Source: a virus. From it: DNA of 64,000 nt. This document shows, in pieces, positions 25,502-35,851 of the stretch; positions within the stretch are counted from its first letter, which is position 1; each line of letters starts with the position of its first letter. The stretch is taken from positions 32,001 through 96,000 of IMG/VR virus record IMGVR_UViG_3300022927_000008; one strand, 5' to 3'. The position numbers and the translations under genes were made by a program. The notes beneath the pieces are model-generated. The model ran no database searches. It was not told the origin of the DNA and saw only the letters and a list, made by a program, of their open reading frames with translations.

Positions 25502-26118
25502 CCTATTTGTGCATATCTATTATTTTGAAAAACTTGTCGTTCTATTTCTTTATTATGAATAATACTAAAATGTTCTTCCATAGGTAAAGTAACATAAGTT
25601 TCATAACCTTTAACCATCCCATGTACTTGATGTCCTTCCCACTGAATTTTGGAGGAATTTTTATATATTCTTTTTTGAGGGTCAGGCCAGTTTACCCATC
25701 CTTCAGGTGATACCTGCCATCCCCATTGTTTAGTGTGTTGGGGGGTAAGACCTTCTACTATGTTTTTTCTGGGGGTAATTAATAAATCAACAGGGTTCTC
25801 TTTAAGGATATTTTTTAGGTTAATTAGAAGAATCTCACTAGGAATCTCATCAGCATCTAATTGAAATATGTAGTCCCCAGTACATTTAGTTTGGAGGTAA
25901 TTTTTATTTTCTAAAAAGTTTTGTTTAAAATCAAAAGGATAGTAATCAATGTCATCTTCATACTTTTCAAGAACTTCTATAGTCTCATTAGTAATCCGAT
26001 TCTTATCATATACTATTACAATTTCATCTTCATTGTCAATTTTTTCTATTAAATAAGAAATTAAATTATCTATTTCTTTATCTTCATTACATACTGTAAG
26101 GCCGTAACTTATTTTCAT
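25498..26118 (-). CDS. Glycosyltransferase family 2
   Basis: GDYIFQLDADE; W.G..H. Confidence 0.85.
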   Translation of the reverse strand: MKISYGLTVCNEDKEIDNLISYLIEKIDNEDEIVIVYDKNRITNETIEVLEKYEDDIDYYPFDFKQNFLENKNYLQTKCTGDYIFQLDADEIPSEILLINLKNILKENPVDLLITPRKNIVEGLTPQHTKQWGWQVSPEGWVNWPDPQKRIYKNSSKIQWEGHQVHGMVKGYETYVTLPMEEHFSIIHNKEIERQVFQNNRYAQIG

Positions 26119-26546
26119 TTTTTTTCTTCTTTAAACATACCAATATAATCAAGAGCTTCCATATAATCGTGTTCGGCAAAGTGTTTTAGATTTTGCATAT
26201 CCATTTTATAAGTTTTTTCACTTTGATCTTCAGAAAGAGCTTTTACAGCAGCCCATCTCCATTCTTTAACATTTTTACCATCAGCATACACCATTCCTTT
26301 TTCAGGATTATTAGTAGCAGAAGGCATCCAATTTAAACCTTTATCATCTACATAAATAAGATCCTTATACAACTCGGGAAGTATTTCTATTTGCTCACTA
26401 AGAAATGAACTGCCAGATTGCATTAAAGTATTAGTTGTAAATCCACACCCATAACATAAACTTATAACGTAATCCGCCCCCATTTCTTGTTCGTAACAAG
26501 CATCGCTTCCACAACGAGGACATATTGTTAATTTATCTTTCAACAT
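26115..26546 (-). CDS. Zn-ribbon hypothetical protein
   Basis: CPRC and CYGC. Confidence 0.6.
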   Translation of the reverse strand: MLKDKLTICPRCGSDACYEQEMGADYVISLCYGCGFTTNTLMQSGSSFLSEQIEILPELYKDLIYVDDKGLNWMPSATNNPEKGMVYADGKNVKEWRWAAVKALSEDQSEKTYKMDMQNLKHFAEHDYMEALDYIGMFKEEKK

Positions 26547-27813
26547 TTTCTAATTTTTTAAGTTTAGGTAATTTCAAACTAATTTCATTAGGGACATCAG
26601 GTAAGTGTTCTTCCATTATTACCTCTAAAGCTTGTTTCATATTTCCATAACTAAAATGGTTTTTACTTTTATGGTATTGGAGTAATGCCTGTTTTTTATA
26701 TTTAGGATAGTTATCAAAAACATCTTTTAAATAGGAAACTGCCTGAGAGGGTTCTACTGAGAACCAACTTCCTTCTTTAAGGAGAATGTTTTTTACTAAT
26801 GCACTATCATGTACTTTAGTAAGCTTTCCTTCTAACAAAGTAGTAAATTTACTATCTAAAAAATCAATATGGCCACTCCAATTAGTAGTAATAATAGGTT
26901 TTTTAGTTAAACTAAATTCTAATAAGGGTCTACCAAATCCTTCCCCTTTAGTTAAAGATATCATAGCTTTAACTTTTTTATGATTGTAAAGATTATTCAT
27001 CTCTTCATCAGTAAGTTCACCATGAAGTAAATAAATATTAGGTAAAGTGTCTGCTTCTATTGTTTTTTTAATTTCATCTATTTTATCTAAGATCATTTCT
27101 CTATCCATATAAGATGCACCCGCCCCACTAGTTTTTAAAATTAATGCAGGTGTTTTTTTCTGGTTTTTGAATGTTTCGTAGAAGAGTTTTATCATTAGGC
27201 CTACATTTTTCCTATCTTCTCCTACAACTCCTTGCATCCAATGTCCTACAAATAAGTAAGCAAATTGATCTTTTATATCTTTTAAATCAAATTTATTAGT
27301 TTCTTTTGAAGGAAAATATTTAGTTAAATCCGCTCCTTCAAATAATACTTCTATAGGTTTTTCTATATATATTTCAACAGGAGTATCTCCTTCTTTATGT
27401 TCAAATCTAAGGTTTTCAAATGTATTTTTGGAATGATTTGAAGATACTAAATTTAAATCCATTCTATTTAATCCCTGGATCCATGAGGGATCACATACGG
27501 TGGTTTCTATGCCGGCAGTAATTCCAATATTATATTCCCCTACAGGTTGGAATTCATTAGGTACACTAATTTGAGCCCACACTTGGGGTTTCGCAGGAAG
27601 TTGATTACCTGGAGGAAGAAGGTGGGGTTGTATAAATCCCCATTCCTCTAAATTATTTTCTATAAACCCCCAAGGGCAACTCCCCCATCTTTGGGGTAGA
27701 ACTTTTACATTATATTTGTCAAGCTCAATAATAGCTCTAACTAAATCTCGAGAACGTGCTCCATAACCTGAGTAAGTGTCTATGGGGCAACTTATTATAA
27801 ATAAAGGTTTCAT
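26533..27813 (-). CDS. Glycosyltransferase family 4 (GT-B)
   Basis: SGYG, GEGFGRPLLE. Confidence 0.85.
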   Translation of the reverse strand: MKPLFIISCPIDTYSGYGARSRDLVRAIIELDKYNVKVLPQRWGSCPWGFIENNLEEWGFIQPHLLPPGNQLPAKPQVWAQISVPNEFQPVGEYNIGITAGIETTVCDPSWIQGLNRMDLNLVSSNHSKNTFENLRFEHKEGDTPVEIYIEKPIEVLFEGADLTKYFPSKETNKFDLKDIKDQFAYLFVGHWMQGVVGEDRKNVGLMIKLFYETFKNQKKTPALILKTSGAGASYMDREMILDKIDEIKKTIEADTLPNIYLLHGELTDEEMNNLYNHKKVKAMISLTKGEGFGRPLLEFSLTKKPIITTNWSGHIDFLDSKFTTLLEGKLTKVHDSALVKNILLKEGSWFSVEPSQAVSYLKDVFDNYPKYKKQALLQYHKSKNHFSYGNMKQALEVIMEEHLPDVPNEISLKLPKLKKLENVER

Positions 27814-29264
27814 TAATATTCTAATTTATGGGGTGTTACTTTTGGTTTTCTAGTGTCTATTTTGATTAGTTCATACCTTTCTCGGGGCTTCCAATTTTTA
27901 AATAATGTATCTATATTATCTATAATACGGTAGGACATTTTTTCTGCAGTGAATCCTGCTTCATCACTTAGAGCCCACTTTCTTCCTATTTCTCCTTTAA
28001 TTTTTCTTTCTTTAGCCCCCATTTCCCATACCTCAAATAATCTATTAGCGGCATCACTAGAATCACATCTATCATCAAAAATATAAGGGGTAGGAGGGGA
28101 ACCTTGGATTGAAATACTTGAAGGGAAAATAGGAAAGGCCCATTCTCCATGTTGGGTATATGTTTTTCTATGGTTTGAAGGTATTTTCTCATTAGGGGTA
28201 AACCATTTTCCTTTATTATCTATAAATCTCATTTGGTCTTGCATTCCCCCGGTAACATTAGCTACTATAGGGTTACCTACAAGTAAAGCTTCGGTTAAAC
28301 TTAACCCCCACCCTTCATTAGATGTAAGTTGGATCTGAACATCAGAGCAATTATATAGAAAATTCATATGCTCAGTATCCAATTTATCCTCTACAAATAA
28401 AATGTTATACTTTTTATCATCCCCACACAAAGTTTCAATAACAGCAGGTAAATTGGTACCATTAGGATCTATCCTTTGGGTTTTTAATATTAGAAGACAT
28501 TTCTCAGCTTGCTTGGGAGTAAGTTTATCAACGAATTGTTTATAGGCCCAAATAGTATCTGGTATCTGTTTACGCCTAATGTTTCTAGAGTTGTAAAGGG
28601 TAACAAAATCATATTCTTTGCCTTTAAAAAGCTCAGTTTTAAACTCTTCAAGCTGAGTGGCTTTTTCGTGTGATTTGTCGATAGGGAAAAATATTTTATG
28701 ATTTAGCCCATGGGGAACATAAGAAATAATTTTATTTTTAGCTTTATCTCCTAATACTAATTTATTTATATTAACAGTCTGTTTTGAAATGCCCATTAAC
28801 AAATCACATGATTCATAATATTCTTTATTATACATTGGGGCTGGGAAGTCGTCCCAAATATTTAAATAAATAATAGGAATATTTTGCCTAATTTCGTTTT
28901 CCATTTGAAACAACCAAGTCCAATATCTGGGGTCAGTAAATATAAAAATGGCATCAGGCTGCTCTCTTTTTATAAAGAACCTCACTGCATCGGGGTTCCC
29001 ATACCCATTACTAGGGTATATAGTTACTGAGGTGTCTTCTAATCCTGTTATTTTATTGGTTTCAGGGCTTAAATCTATAATTTTTCCTTCTTCAGGGTGT
29101 TGTATTGCTGCTCCTATATTTACCCAATTATAGTGATGGCAGGTATGGAGCACCATTTCTTTGGCTATAGTCCCTATTCCCGAATGAGTCCTAATATCAT
29201 CACACATTAGGAGTATCTTTTTACGTTCCTCTTTGGGAACATATCCTTTCATTTTCGTAACCAT
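27813..29264 (-). CDS. Glycosyltransferase family 4 (GT-B)
   Basis: RNIRRK, NEGWGLSLTE, TGG. Confidence 0.85.
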   Translation of the reverse strand: MVTKMKGYVPKEERKKILLMCDDIRTHSGIGTIAKEMVLHTCHHYNWVNIGAAIQHPEEGKIIDLSPETNKITGLEDTSVTIYPSNGYGNPDAVRFFIKREQPDAIFIFTDPRYWTWLFQMENEIRQNIPIIYLNIWDDFPAPMYNKEYYESCDLLMGISKQTVNINKLVLGDKAKNKIISYVPHGLNHKIFFPIDKSHEKATQLEEFKTELFKGKEYDFVTLYNSRNIRRKQIPDTIWAYKQFVDKLTPKQAEKCLLILKTQRIDPNGTNLPAVIETLCGDDKKYNILFVEDKLDTEHMNFLYNCSDVQIQLTSNEGWGLSLTEALLVGNPIVANVTGGMQDQMRFIDNKGKWFTPNEKIPSNHRKTYTQHGEWAFPIFPSSISIQGSPPTPYIFDDRCDSSDAANRLFEVWEMGAKERKIKGEIGRKWALSDEAGFTAEKMSYRIIDNIDTLFKNWKPRERYELIKIDTRKPKVTPHKLEY

Positions 29265-29276
29265 TTTGTTTTTTTA

Positions 29277-29459
29277 TTATAAATCTAAACTATTGTGATT
29301 GTGGATTTGACGTTTAAAGTCTTCATCAGTAAGATACAAATGAACACAACGGTCAGCAAGTTTTTGAAAAGAAAACTTATGTCTAACACATGCTACTTTA
29401 AATTCTTCAAATAAATCACTTTGAATTTTTACGCTTGTTAATGTTAAATCTTTTTTCAT
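29277..29459 (-). CDS. Ribbon-helix-helix-like DNA-binding protein
   Basis: LTSVKI strand followed by two helices, 60 aa. Confidence 0.55.
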   Translation of the reverse strand: MKKDLTLTSVKIQSDLFEEFKVACVRHKFSFQKLADRCVHLYLTDEDFKRQIHNHNSLDL

Positions 29460-29492
29460 AGCTAATATATTTTGATATAAATATTCGCGAAA

Positions 29493-30233
29493 TTAAAAAG
29501 ATGTGTTTCGGGTATAACCCTCCTCAAAATGATCAACAGTTAACTTATTGATAAATACAGGTTTTAAATCATGTTGTTTCATCCAAGGGTTAACTCTATT
29601 ATAAAAATTTATATCTCCAGGTTCACGTCTTCCATAAAAATATAAAGGGTCTCTTCTTCTTAAAGGTATAATTCTATAGTTAATACAAGTACTAGAATTA
29701 ATTATATTAATAGGAGTTGGGGGGAGATTAGTATAAAGTTCTGGGGGGTTTTGGCGGGGTAAAACACCATTTAGGTATTTGGATTTAGTATAAAGAAATG
29801 GAGATTGAGTAGTTTCTATTGCTGTAGCTAAGGTTTCTAAATGATCAGGAAAATAAATATCATCGTGGTCTAATTTACAGATATAATCATAACCTTCGTT
29901 TATAGCATATTCTATCCCTATGTTGGTACCGTGGGCACCCCCACTATGCCATAAATCCTCTCCTCCTTTAGGATACCTTTTCCTTTCTACAGCCACTGGA
30001 AGGTTAATGGGTAGGGTTTTATTTGGGGGGCAAAGTTTAATTATTTGTTCAAATTCTGCTTTGTCTTTGTAATTATCTCCTATTAAGTATATTTTCCAAT
30101 TTTTATATGTTTGGTTAAAAACACTTTGTAAGGTATTTTTTATATAACTAAATGTTTTACCATCAGGTCTATAATAAGTAGTTACAACTATTGCTAATTT
30201 AGGGTTACTATATTTTTTATTTATAAGTTCCAT
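29493..30233 (-). CDS. Glycosyltransferase family 2
   Basis: QTYKNW, LDHDD. Confidence 0.85.
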   Translation of the reverse strand: MELINKKYSNPKLAIVVTTYYRPDGKTFSYIKNTLQSVFNQTYKNWKIYLIGDNYKDKAEFEQIIKLCPPNKTLPINLPVAVERKRYPKGGEDLWHSGGAHGTNIGIEYAINEGYDYICKLDHDDIYFPDHLETLATAIETTQSPFLYTKSKYLNGVLPRQNPPELYTNLPPTPINIINSSTCINYRIIPLRRRDPLYFYGRREPGDINFYNRVNPWMKQHDLKPVFINKLTVDHFEEGYTRNTSF

Positions 30234-31042
30234 AGTGGAATTCCTTTAAGGTTGGGTTCAATGTTTTTTTTCTTTTTAGCAGGAATTCCTATATAAACTC
30301 CACTATCTTTTATGTTTTTAATTACTACACTTCCTGCTCCTAATATTATATTATCTGATTGGAGTTCTATTCTAGGGTTTATGATGGTGGCACAACCTAA
30401 GAAACAATTATTAGATATCTTAACAGAACCCCCTATAGTAACATTATTAGCAAAATGTACATTTTCTCCAATTTTAGTTCCATGACCTATACAGCAACCA
30501 GGAGCTAAGTTAACATTGTCTTTTAAGGTTGTGTATTCATTTGCTGATCCTCTTACTATTGAAGTATTACTACCAATAATACAGTTGTTTCCTATTTTAA
30601 CTCCACCTAATTGTCTTAAAAAAACTTTAGTAGCCCCATCCCACACCCACATCATACCTTCGGTTCCAATACTGCAATTAGCATCTATCCTTGTTCCATT
30701 TCCTACTTCAGTTTTAGAATAAACTACAGAATTAGGGCCAATAATTACATTATCACCAATTACAACACCATCACCAATTACAGCTGTAGGGTCTATAGAA
30801 CAATTATCACCCTTAATATATGATTTTTTATCAAAAGTGTATGGGTATTTTACTTGATGGGATAACCTATAAAATTCTAGTTGGGGATTTTTTACAATAA
30901 CTTGTACTACATTATTTAATCCTTCAAATTTTTGTTTGCAAAATAATTTACAATTTTTTAAATGTTTTACATGTTCAGGATTATCACCTACATAATAAGT
31001 AATCATTCCTTCTTTAGTATTAGGTAAAATTGATAATATCAT
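30221..31042 (-). CDS. Hexapeptide-repeat acyltransferase (LpxD-like)
   Basis: IG.. hexapeptide repeats, QLGGVKIG, GIPAK. Confidence 0.8.
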   Translation of the reverse strand: MILSILPNTKEGMITYYVGDNPEHVKHLKNCKLFCKQKFEGLNNVVQVIVKNPQLEFYRLSHQVKYPYTFDKKSYIKGDNCSIDPTAVIGDGVVIGDNVIIGPNSVVYSKTEVGNGTRIDANCSIGTEGMMWVWDGATKVFLRQLGGVKIGNNCIIGSNTSIVRGSANEYTTLKDNVNLAPGCCIGHGTKIGENVHFANNVTIGGSVKISNNCFLGCATIINPRIELQSDNIILGAGSVVIKNIKDSGVYIGIPAKKKKNIEPNLKGIPLWNL

Positions 31043-31524
31043 TTATTGTCCTTATATTTTTTAGCGGGAATCCCATACCAAATTTCATCTGCAGGAATAT
31101 CATTTCTTACTTGGGAATTAGCACCTATAATTGAATTATTTCCAACTGATGTATCAGGCATTAAGGTTACATTTGCACCAATTAGCACAAAATTACCTAT
31201 ACCTTTTACAATTTTTGTTGAATTTTCTTCAAGGTTTGGAGTGTCGGTTAATACAAACCCATATTTAATTACACAATTTTTCCCAATAGTAGCGTTTGCT
31301 GAGATTGTGCATCTGCTTCCCATAGAGGTTCTATCACCCACTACGACGTTATTTCTAATTTCACAATAAGCAGTAAATGAACAATTCTTACCAATCTTCG
31401 CACCAGTCCTCACAATGCAAAACGGACCAATTTTAGTGTTATCACCAATTTCTACACCATCTTCTATTAGTGCTAGGGGATGAATTTCTACATTTTTACC
31501 TATTTTTGATTTGTTTGATATCAT
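31039..31524 (-). CDS. Hexapeptide-repeat sugar N-acetyltransferase
   Basis: Left-handed beta-helix repeats, WYGIPAK. Confidence 0.8.
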   Translation of the reverse strand: MISNKSKIGKNVEIHPLALIEDGVEIGDNTKIGPFCIVRTGAKIGKNCSFTAYCEIRNNVVVGDRTSMGSRCTISANATIGKNCVIKYGFVLTDTPNLEENSTKIVKGIGNFVLIGANVTLMPDTSVGNNSIIGANSQVRNDIPADEIWYGIPAKKYKDNK

Positions 31525-32150
31525 TTCTTATATATTTCAAATTTACTTAAATCGGGATAAGGTAGTTCCAAATCTTCATTGTGTTTCTTACCACCACCCA
31601 TTTCATAGAATTGTCCCATAAGTAACAACCCCCTAGCTGCAAGTTCCGGCATCATGTAAAAGTTCCAACCTAACATATCAAAGTTATCTTCGTGATATGA
31701 ACATTCTCTTCTTCCACTATATCTAGCTCTTTTAAACCATAAATAAGCCTCATGTGAGTCAGTTAATATAGCACCACCTTTAGATAGCTTAAAATGTTTA
31801 TAAGGTCCAGTGAATGAAATACACATATGTGTGTTAGGTAAATACATGTCTGCTGTAAATCTTAGAGCAGAATCCCATACGTTAGAGCCCTCTAATTGGT
31901 ATGCTCCTTTTATGGTCTTTCCTTTTACAGGTTTAAATTTAACTTTCCCCCCAGCATGAATAATTTCACAAGGGACTGATGGGTAGGTTCTAGAAGGAAT
32001 AGTAATTTCTTTTCCTTCTATATTTTCATACTTTAAAGCTAAAAATAAAGCATTAGAAGCATTATCTACCGTAATAGCATACCTTGCTCCTGTATAATCT
32101 GCGAGTTTGGCTTCAAACTCTTCAGTAATTTTATATATCCCGTTGGCCAT
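31521..32150 (-). CDS. DegT/DnrJ/EryC1/StrS aminotransferase, short form
   Basis: FE..LA.Y.G..YA, DSA, SF...K.....GG, GWNFYM. Confidence 0.8.
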   Translation of the reverse strand: MANGIYKITEEFEAKLADYTGARYAITVDNASNALFLALKYENIEGKEITIPSRTYPSVPCEIIHAGGKVKFKPVKGKTIKGAYQLEGSNVWDSALRFTADMYLPNTHMCISFTGPYKHFKLSKGGAILTDSHEAYLWFKRARYSGRRECSYHEDNFDMLGWNFYMMPELAARGLLLMGQFYEMGGGKKHNEDLELPYPDLSKFEIYKK

Positions 32151-32152
32151 TT

Positions 32153-32782
32153 TTAATATTTAACTTTAATTATAAATTCGTTGCTTAACTCTTTAGAAGC
32201 AGGTTTAGCTTTAAATTCATTTTTTAAAGTTCCAATTATTTCATAATTGGGGTCTAACTCTTTTACTATATGATCTACAGCTGGTTTTACTTCAGGGGAG
32301 TGTTTAAAATCTAAGTAATCATCAAATATAATATAGCCTCCTACAGGAACTAAATCTTTATAGTTATAAAAATCATCAATTACAGCTTGATAACTATGAT
32401 CCCCATCAATAAACAAAAGATCAATTACAGGGAATTTATTTTTTACAATATTAATAGTAGAAAGATTACGAGAACTACCTTTAAAGTATTCCCAAGTATT
32501 ATGTTCCTTTTTATATTTAGCTACATTTGCTTTAGCTATTTCTGGGGGGATGGGGCTTCCTATATCAATAGATAAGCAATTGGTAGGATAGGGGTGGGAG
32601 GTCATTAAACATGCTGACCCTCCAGCAAAACATCCTATTTCAACATAATTAATAGAATCTTTCCCTAAAAAAGTTCTTAAATCGTATAATATATGATAAT
32701 GATGATGGAAAGTATGACTCTCCATATTATTTGAAATAAATTCAACTAATTCTTTAGACTCTTGAGTAATTATTTGTTGCAT
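32153..32782 (-). CDS. Class I SAM-dependent methyltransferase (Methyltransf_24-like)
   Basis: EIGCFAGGS, DLLFIDGDHSY, GGYIIFDDY. Confidence 0.85.
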   Translation of the reverse strand: MQQIITQESKELVEFISNNMESHTFHHHYHILYDLRTFLGKDSINYVEIGCFAGGSACLMTSHPYPTNCLSIDIGSPIPPEIAKANVAKYKKEHNTWEYFKGSSRNLSTINIVKNKFPVIDLLFIDGDHSYQAVIDDFYNYKDLVPVGGYIIFDDYLDFKHSPEVKPAVDHIVKELDPNYEIIGTLKNEFKAKPASKELSNEFIIKVKY

Positions 32783-33693
32783 AACTCTTTATTATTATTA
32801 AAGGGACACCATTCACATAATTTAGATACAATTTTTGGGTGCTCCACGTTTAAATGTTTCCCTTCAGAAGAAAAACACTCAGTAATAAACTCATCTAATA
32901 TACGGTCTGCTTTTTTAAGTTTATTTCTACCTGCAGCGGGTCTATGTTGTTGTACTCTATGAATTGGGTAATCACTATTTTCCCATATTTTTCTACGCAC
33001 AATAAAGAATTCCACTTCTATATTTTCAAGCGGGATACCATATTGTTCATTAAAGAACTTCTTATAAAGCACAAGCTGCATTTGCTTGTTTTCGTCTTTT
33101 TTAGCTGTATCGTTCCATCCCCTAGTAGACGTTTTTATATCGTATACATAAAATTTGTTTGTGGGTTCATGGTATAATACGAGGTCAATAAAACCTTTGT
33201 ATACTAAATTTCTACCAACGTTCATTACAATTGGTAACTCGATTCCTGCTAGATGCCAACCACGATTACCAAAGTATTGTTTACGTTTTTTCTTAAGAAA
33301 GTCAAGTATTGCTACACCATCTTCAAAAAACTCTCGTAGTTCTTCTGGGGAGGAATAATGGGTGTCTTTATTTTGTTTGTATCCTTCTTTATACAATCCT
33401 ATAAATTTTTCTTGAAATAACTCCTCTAAATTCATAGCATCTGCTTTTACCCCTGACTGTTCATATAATACAGTAAGCCAATCTTGGATTACTTCATGCA
33501 TTGCCGTACCAAAAGTAAAATGGATAGATTGTTCATTTTGATAGTGTCCATCTTTGTACTGGAGTGCCCACTTGTGTGGGCAACTCCTGTACATAGACAT
33601 TTGCGAATAAGAAATTGTCTTTTGGTAAGCATAATTTACCTCAGGCAATTCTTTATTCTGTATCTCCTTGAGTATTTGGGGCTTCTTGGCCAT
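32770..33693 (-). CDS. PD-(D/E)XK RecB/Cas4-like exonuclease
   Basis: SYSQ..Y..CP, GTAMH, GFIDL, DIKT, C.WC. Confidence 0.85.
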   Translation of the reverse strand: MAKKPQILKEIQNKELPEVNYAYQKTISYSQMSMYRSCPHKWALQYKDGHYQNEQSIHFTFGTAMHEVIQDWLTVLYEQSGVKADAMNLEELFQEKFIGLYKEGYKQNKDTHYSSPEELREFFEDGVAILDFLKKKRKQYFGNRGWHLAGIELPIVMNVGRNLVYKGFIDLVLYHEPTNKFYVYDIKTSTRGWNDTAKKDENKQMQLVLYKKFFNEQYGIPLENIEVEFFIVRRKIWENSDYPIHRVQQHRPAAGRNKLKKADRILDEFITECFSSEGKHLNVEHPKIVSKLCEWCPFNNNKELCNK

Positions 33694-33868
33694 ATATTTT
33701 TTCTAATTTCTCTAAATAAAGTATGGCATCCATTAACTCTTCTTTCATATGAGTGACCCATTCGGGGAATTGTAGATCTCCTCGATCCATGTTAACTCCA
33801 TACTTTTGTTCACCCATTTTAGAACGGGTTTCAAATTGTTTAATTACTGAGGTAACTATGCTATCCAT
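33653..33868 (-). CDS. Small MazG-like all-alpha protein
   Basis: G..KYG and EELMDAILY. Confidence 0.5.
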   Translation of the reverse strand: MDSIVTSVIKQFETRSKMGEQKYGVNMDRGDLQFPEWVTHMKEELMDAILYLEKLEKIYGQEAPNTQGDTE

Positions 33869-34278
33869 TACTTAAATAATTCTTTAATTTCGTCTTTTTG
33901 TAAGCCCTGTTGTTGTAGTGCTTCCTTAATATACTTTTTATCAAGTATGTTTATCCAATCTACTGCTTGAGCGGTAGAAACTTCATAGAGGGAAGCAATT
34001 GTTTCCACTAATTTTTTATTGGGTTGTTTCATACTTGATTTAATGTATTTTAACCAAACATTTTGTTTAGGGAGTAAACCACAATACACTGTATAGTATT
34101 TTTTCTTATCAGTGTAAGGTATGGTTTGAACATAATTTACCAACTCAACAAAGGGTTGGTGCATAGATAAAAAACGATTAACCATATAAGGATTAAAGGA
34201 CTCCCTCTCTTTATCCGAGAAGGAGTCCCAATCTCGTTTCTTACCTGTTAACTCTTTGAGCCAATCAAAAAGTGTCAT
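33868..34278 (-). CDS. Probable clamp loader small subunit (gp62-like)
   Basis: F.PYMVNRFLS motif; near the clamp-loader ATPase. Confidence 0.65.
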   Translation of the reverse strand: MTLFDWLKELTGKKRDWDSFSDKERESFNPYMVNRFLSMHQPFVELVNYVQTIPYTDKKKYYTVYCGLLPKQNVWLKYIKSSMKQPNKKLVETIASLYEVSTAQAVDWINILDKKYIKEALQQQGLQKDEIKELFK

Positions 34279-34507
34279 ACTCGTCTCTCAATTCAGATGG
34301 GAGAGTTTCCGAGTAAATTTTTCCTGTGGCCCCATCATAAAATACTGGAATGGGGAGGACAGCATCCTCACCACCTGTAATAAAACGGGATACTTTACGC
34401 AAGACAAATCCTTGCTTAAATATTTGGTCCCCATTTTCAGTAGTGATTGAGGTAGTTTTGCTCAAATCAAGTTGTGGTTGTTGAGCTGTCATTTCTGATT
34501 TCTTCAT
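34265..34507 (-). CDS. Hypothetical protein
   Basis: 80-aa ORF. Confidence 0.6.
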   Translation of the reverse strand: MKKSEMTAQQPQLDLSKTTSITTENGDQIFKQGFVLRKVSRFITGGEDAVLPIPVFYDGATGKIYSETLPSELRDEYDTF

Positions 34508-34697
34508 AGTTTATTGTTTTAATTTCGTTGCAAAAATAATATAATTCTTCTTTTTTAAGCACTGTGTCACAATGCCAGTATTGTTTTAATATGTTAGGAT
34601 CTATTTTATCAGTAACCTTAGCGGTACGATACAATAGAAACATTCGTTCTCCAAATTCAAATATGTCTTTATATAACAACTTTACCAGAGATTTCAA
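34467..34697 (-). CDS. Hypothetical protein
   Basis: 76-aa ORF. Confidence 0.5.
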   Translation of the reverse strand: MKSLVKLLYKDIFEFGERMFLLYRTAKVTDKIDPNILKQYWHCDTVLKKEELYYFCNEIKTINYEEIRNDSSTTTT

Positions 34698-35589
34698 GTA
34701 GTTTAGAAATACATGCCATTATGTTAATTTCCTTATCAATTCGGAAATTTGAATGGTACATATATTCTTCAATAATAATAATTGCTTCTGCAGGACGTGA
34801 TGTGTATTCGTCCATACGCTCATATAAAGCTTTATATAGCGCTTCAAAATCATTTACATTGGAATCTGCAATTACTTGTCGAATTTGTTTAAATGAATTT
34901 GGATTAACCAATAATTCAATAACTTTATCAACATAATTGGATGATACAAGTGTTTGTTTATCTAATACAAGCTCACCATCTTTAGTAGACATTTGGCATA
35001 CGTTAAGCATTTTACGTACATCTGGGTAATATTGGTTTACAAGATCTTTAAGATGGTCAGTGCTATGTTGTACATTCTCTTTAGATAAGATATTAAAAAG
35101 GTGTGCAGCAACAGCACCTTTAGTTGGGGGTACAATTTTAAGTACTTGGCAACGTGACTGTAGAGGATCAATAATACGCTCTACGTAATTACAAGTTAAT
35201 ATAAACCTTGTACTTTTAGAGAACGTTTCAATGACATTGCGGAGAGAAGCTTGTGCCTGGATAGTAAGAAAATCAGCCTCATCCAGAATAACCACTTTAA
35301 GTGGTTTAAACGACATTGTGCTAGCAAACCCCGATACTTTATCCCTAATTGTTTCAATACCTCTTTCATCGCTGGCATTAATATAAAGGTGCTCACAATC
35401 AAGATTCTTAACCAAAAGTTTGGCGAGTGTAGTTTTTCCTGTACCAGCGGGTCCATAGAAGATTAGATTTTGTATATCGTTCTCTTCTAAATATCGTTTA
35501 ACAATATTTTTTAGATGCTCATTGCCTACATAATTTTCAAGTACATTGGGCCGATACTTTTCTACCCATAAACTATTATTAATAGCCAT
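34669..35589 (-). CDS. Clamp loader AAA+ subunit (RFC/gp44-like)
   Basis: WVEKYRP, GPAGTGKT, NASD, DEAD, SRC. Confidence 0.95.
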   Translation of the reverse strand: MAINNSLWVEKYRPNVLENYVGNEHLKNIVKRYLEENDIQNLIFYGPAGTGKTTLAKLLVKNLDCEHLYINASDERGIETIRDKVSGFASTMSFKPLKVVILDEADFLTIQAQASLRNVIETFSKSTRFILTCNYVERIIDPLQSRCQVLKIVPPTKGAVAAHLFNILSKENVQHSTDHLKDLVNQYYPDVRKMLNVCQMSTKDGELVLDKQTLVSSNYVDKVIELLVNPNSFKQIRQVIADSNVNDFEALYKALYERMDEYTSRPAEAIIIIEEYMYHSNFRIDKEINIMACISKLLEISGKVVI

Positions 35590-35842
35590 CTCCATAAAAA
35601 TCAAATGTTTTGATTGGTTCCTGTTCTATTTCTACTTCTACTCTATCTACAGCATACAAAGCACTTCCAATAGGATCTAAATAAAATGCTTTGTTAAATT
35701 TAGTTTTTTGAAAATATGCTTCTAATGTGTCTGTAAGTGACTCATAAATAGTACTACTATCACTAGTAAGGGACCACCGGTCTCCCGGTGGTACCCTTTT
35801 AGCGATTAGTTGCTTTTGCTCTACTGTTTCAAATTCAGCCAT
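35579..35842 (-). CDS. Hypothetical protein
   Basis: 87-aa ORF. Confidence 0.6.
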   Translation of the reverse strand: MAEFETVEQKQLIAKRVPPGDRWSLTSDSSTIYESLTDTLEAYFQKTKFNKAFYLDPIGSALYAVDRVEVEIEQEPIKTFDFYGDGY

Positions 35843-35851
35843 TGGCTAAAA

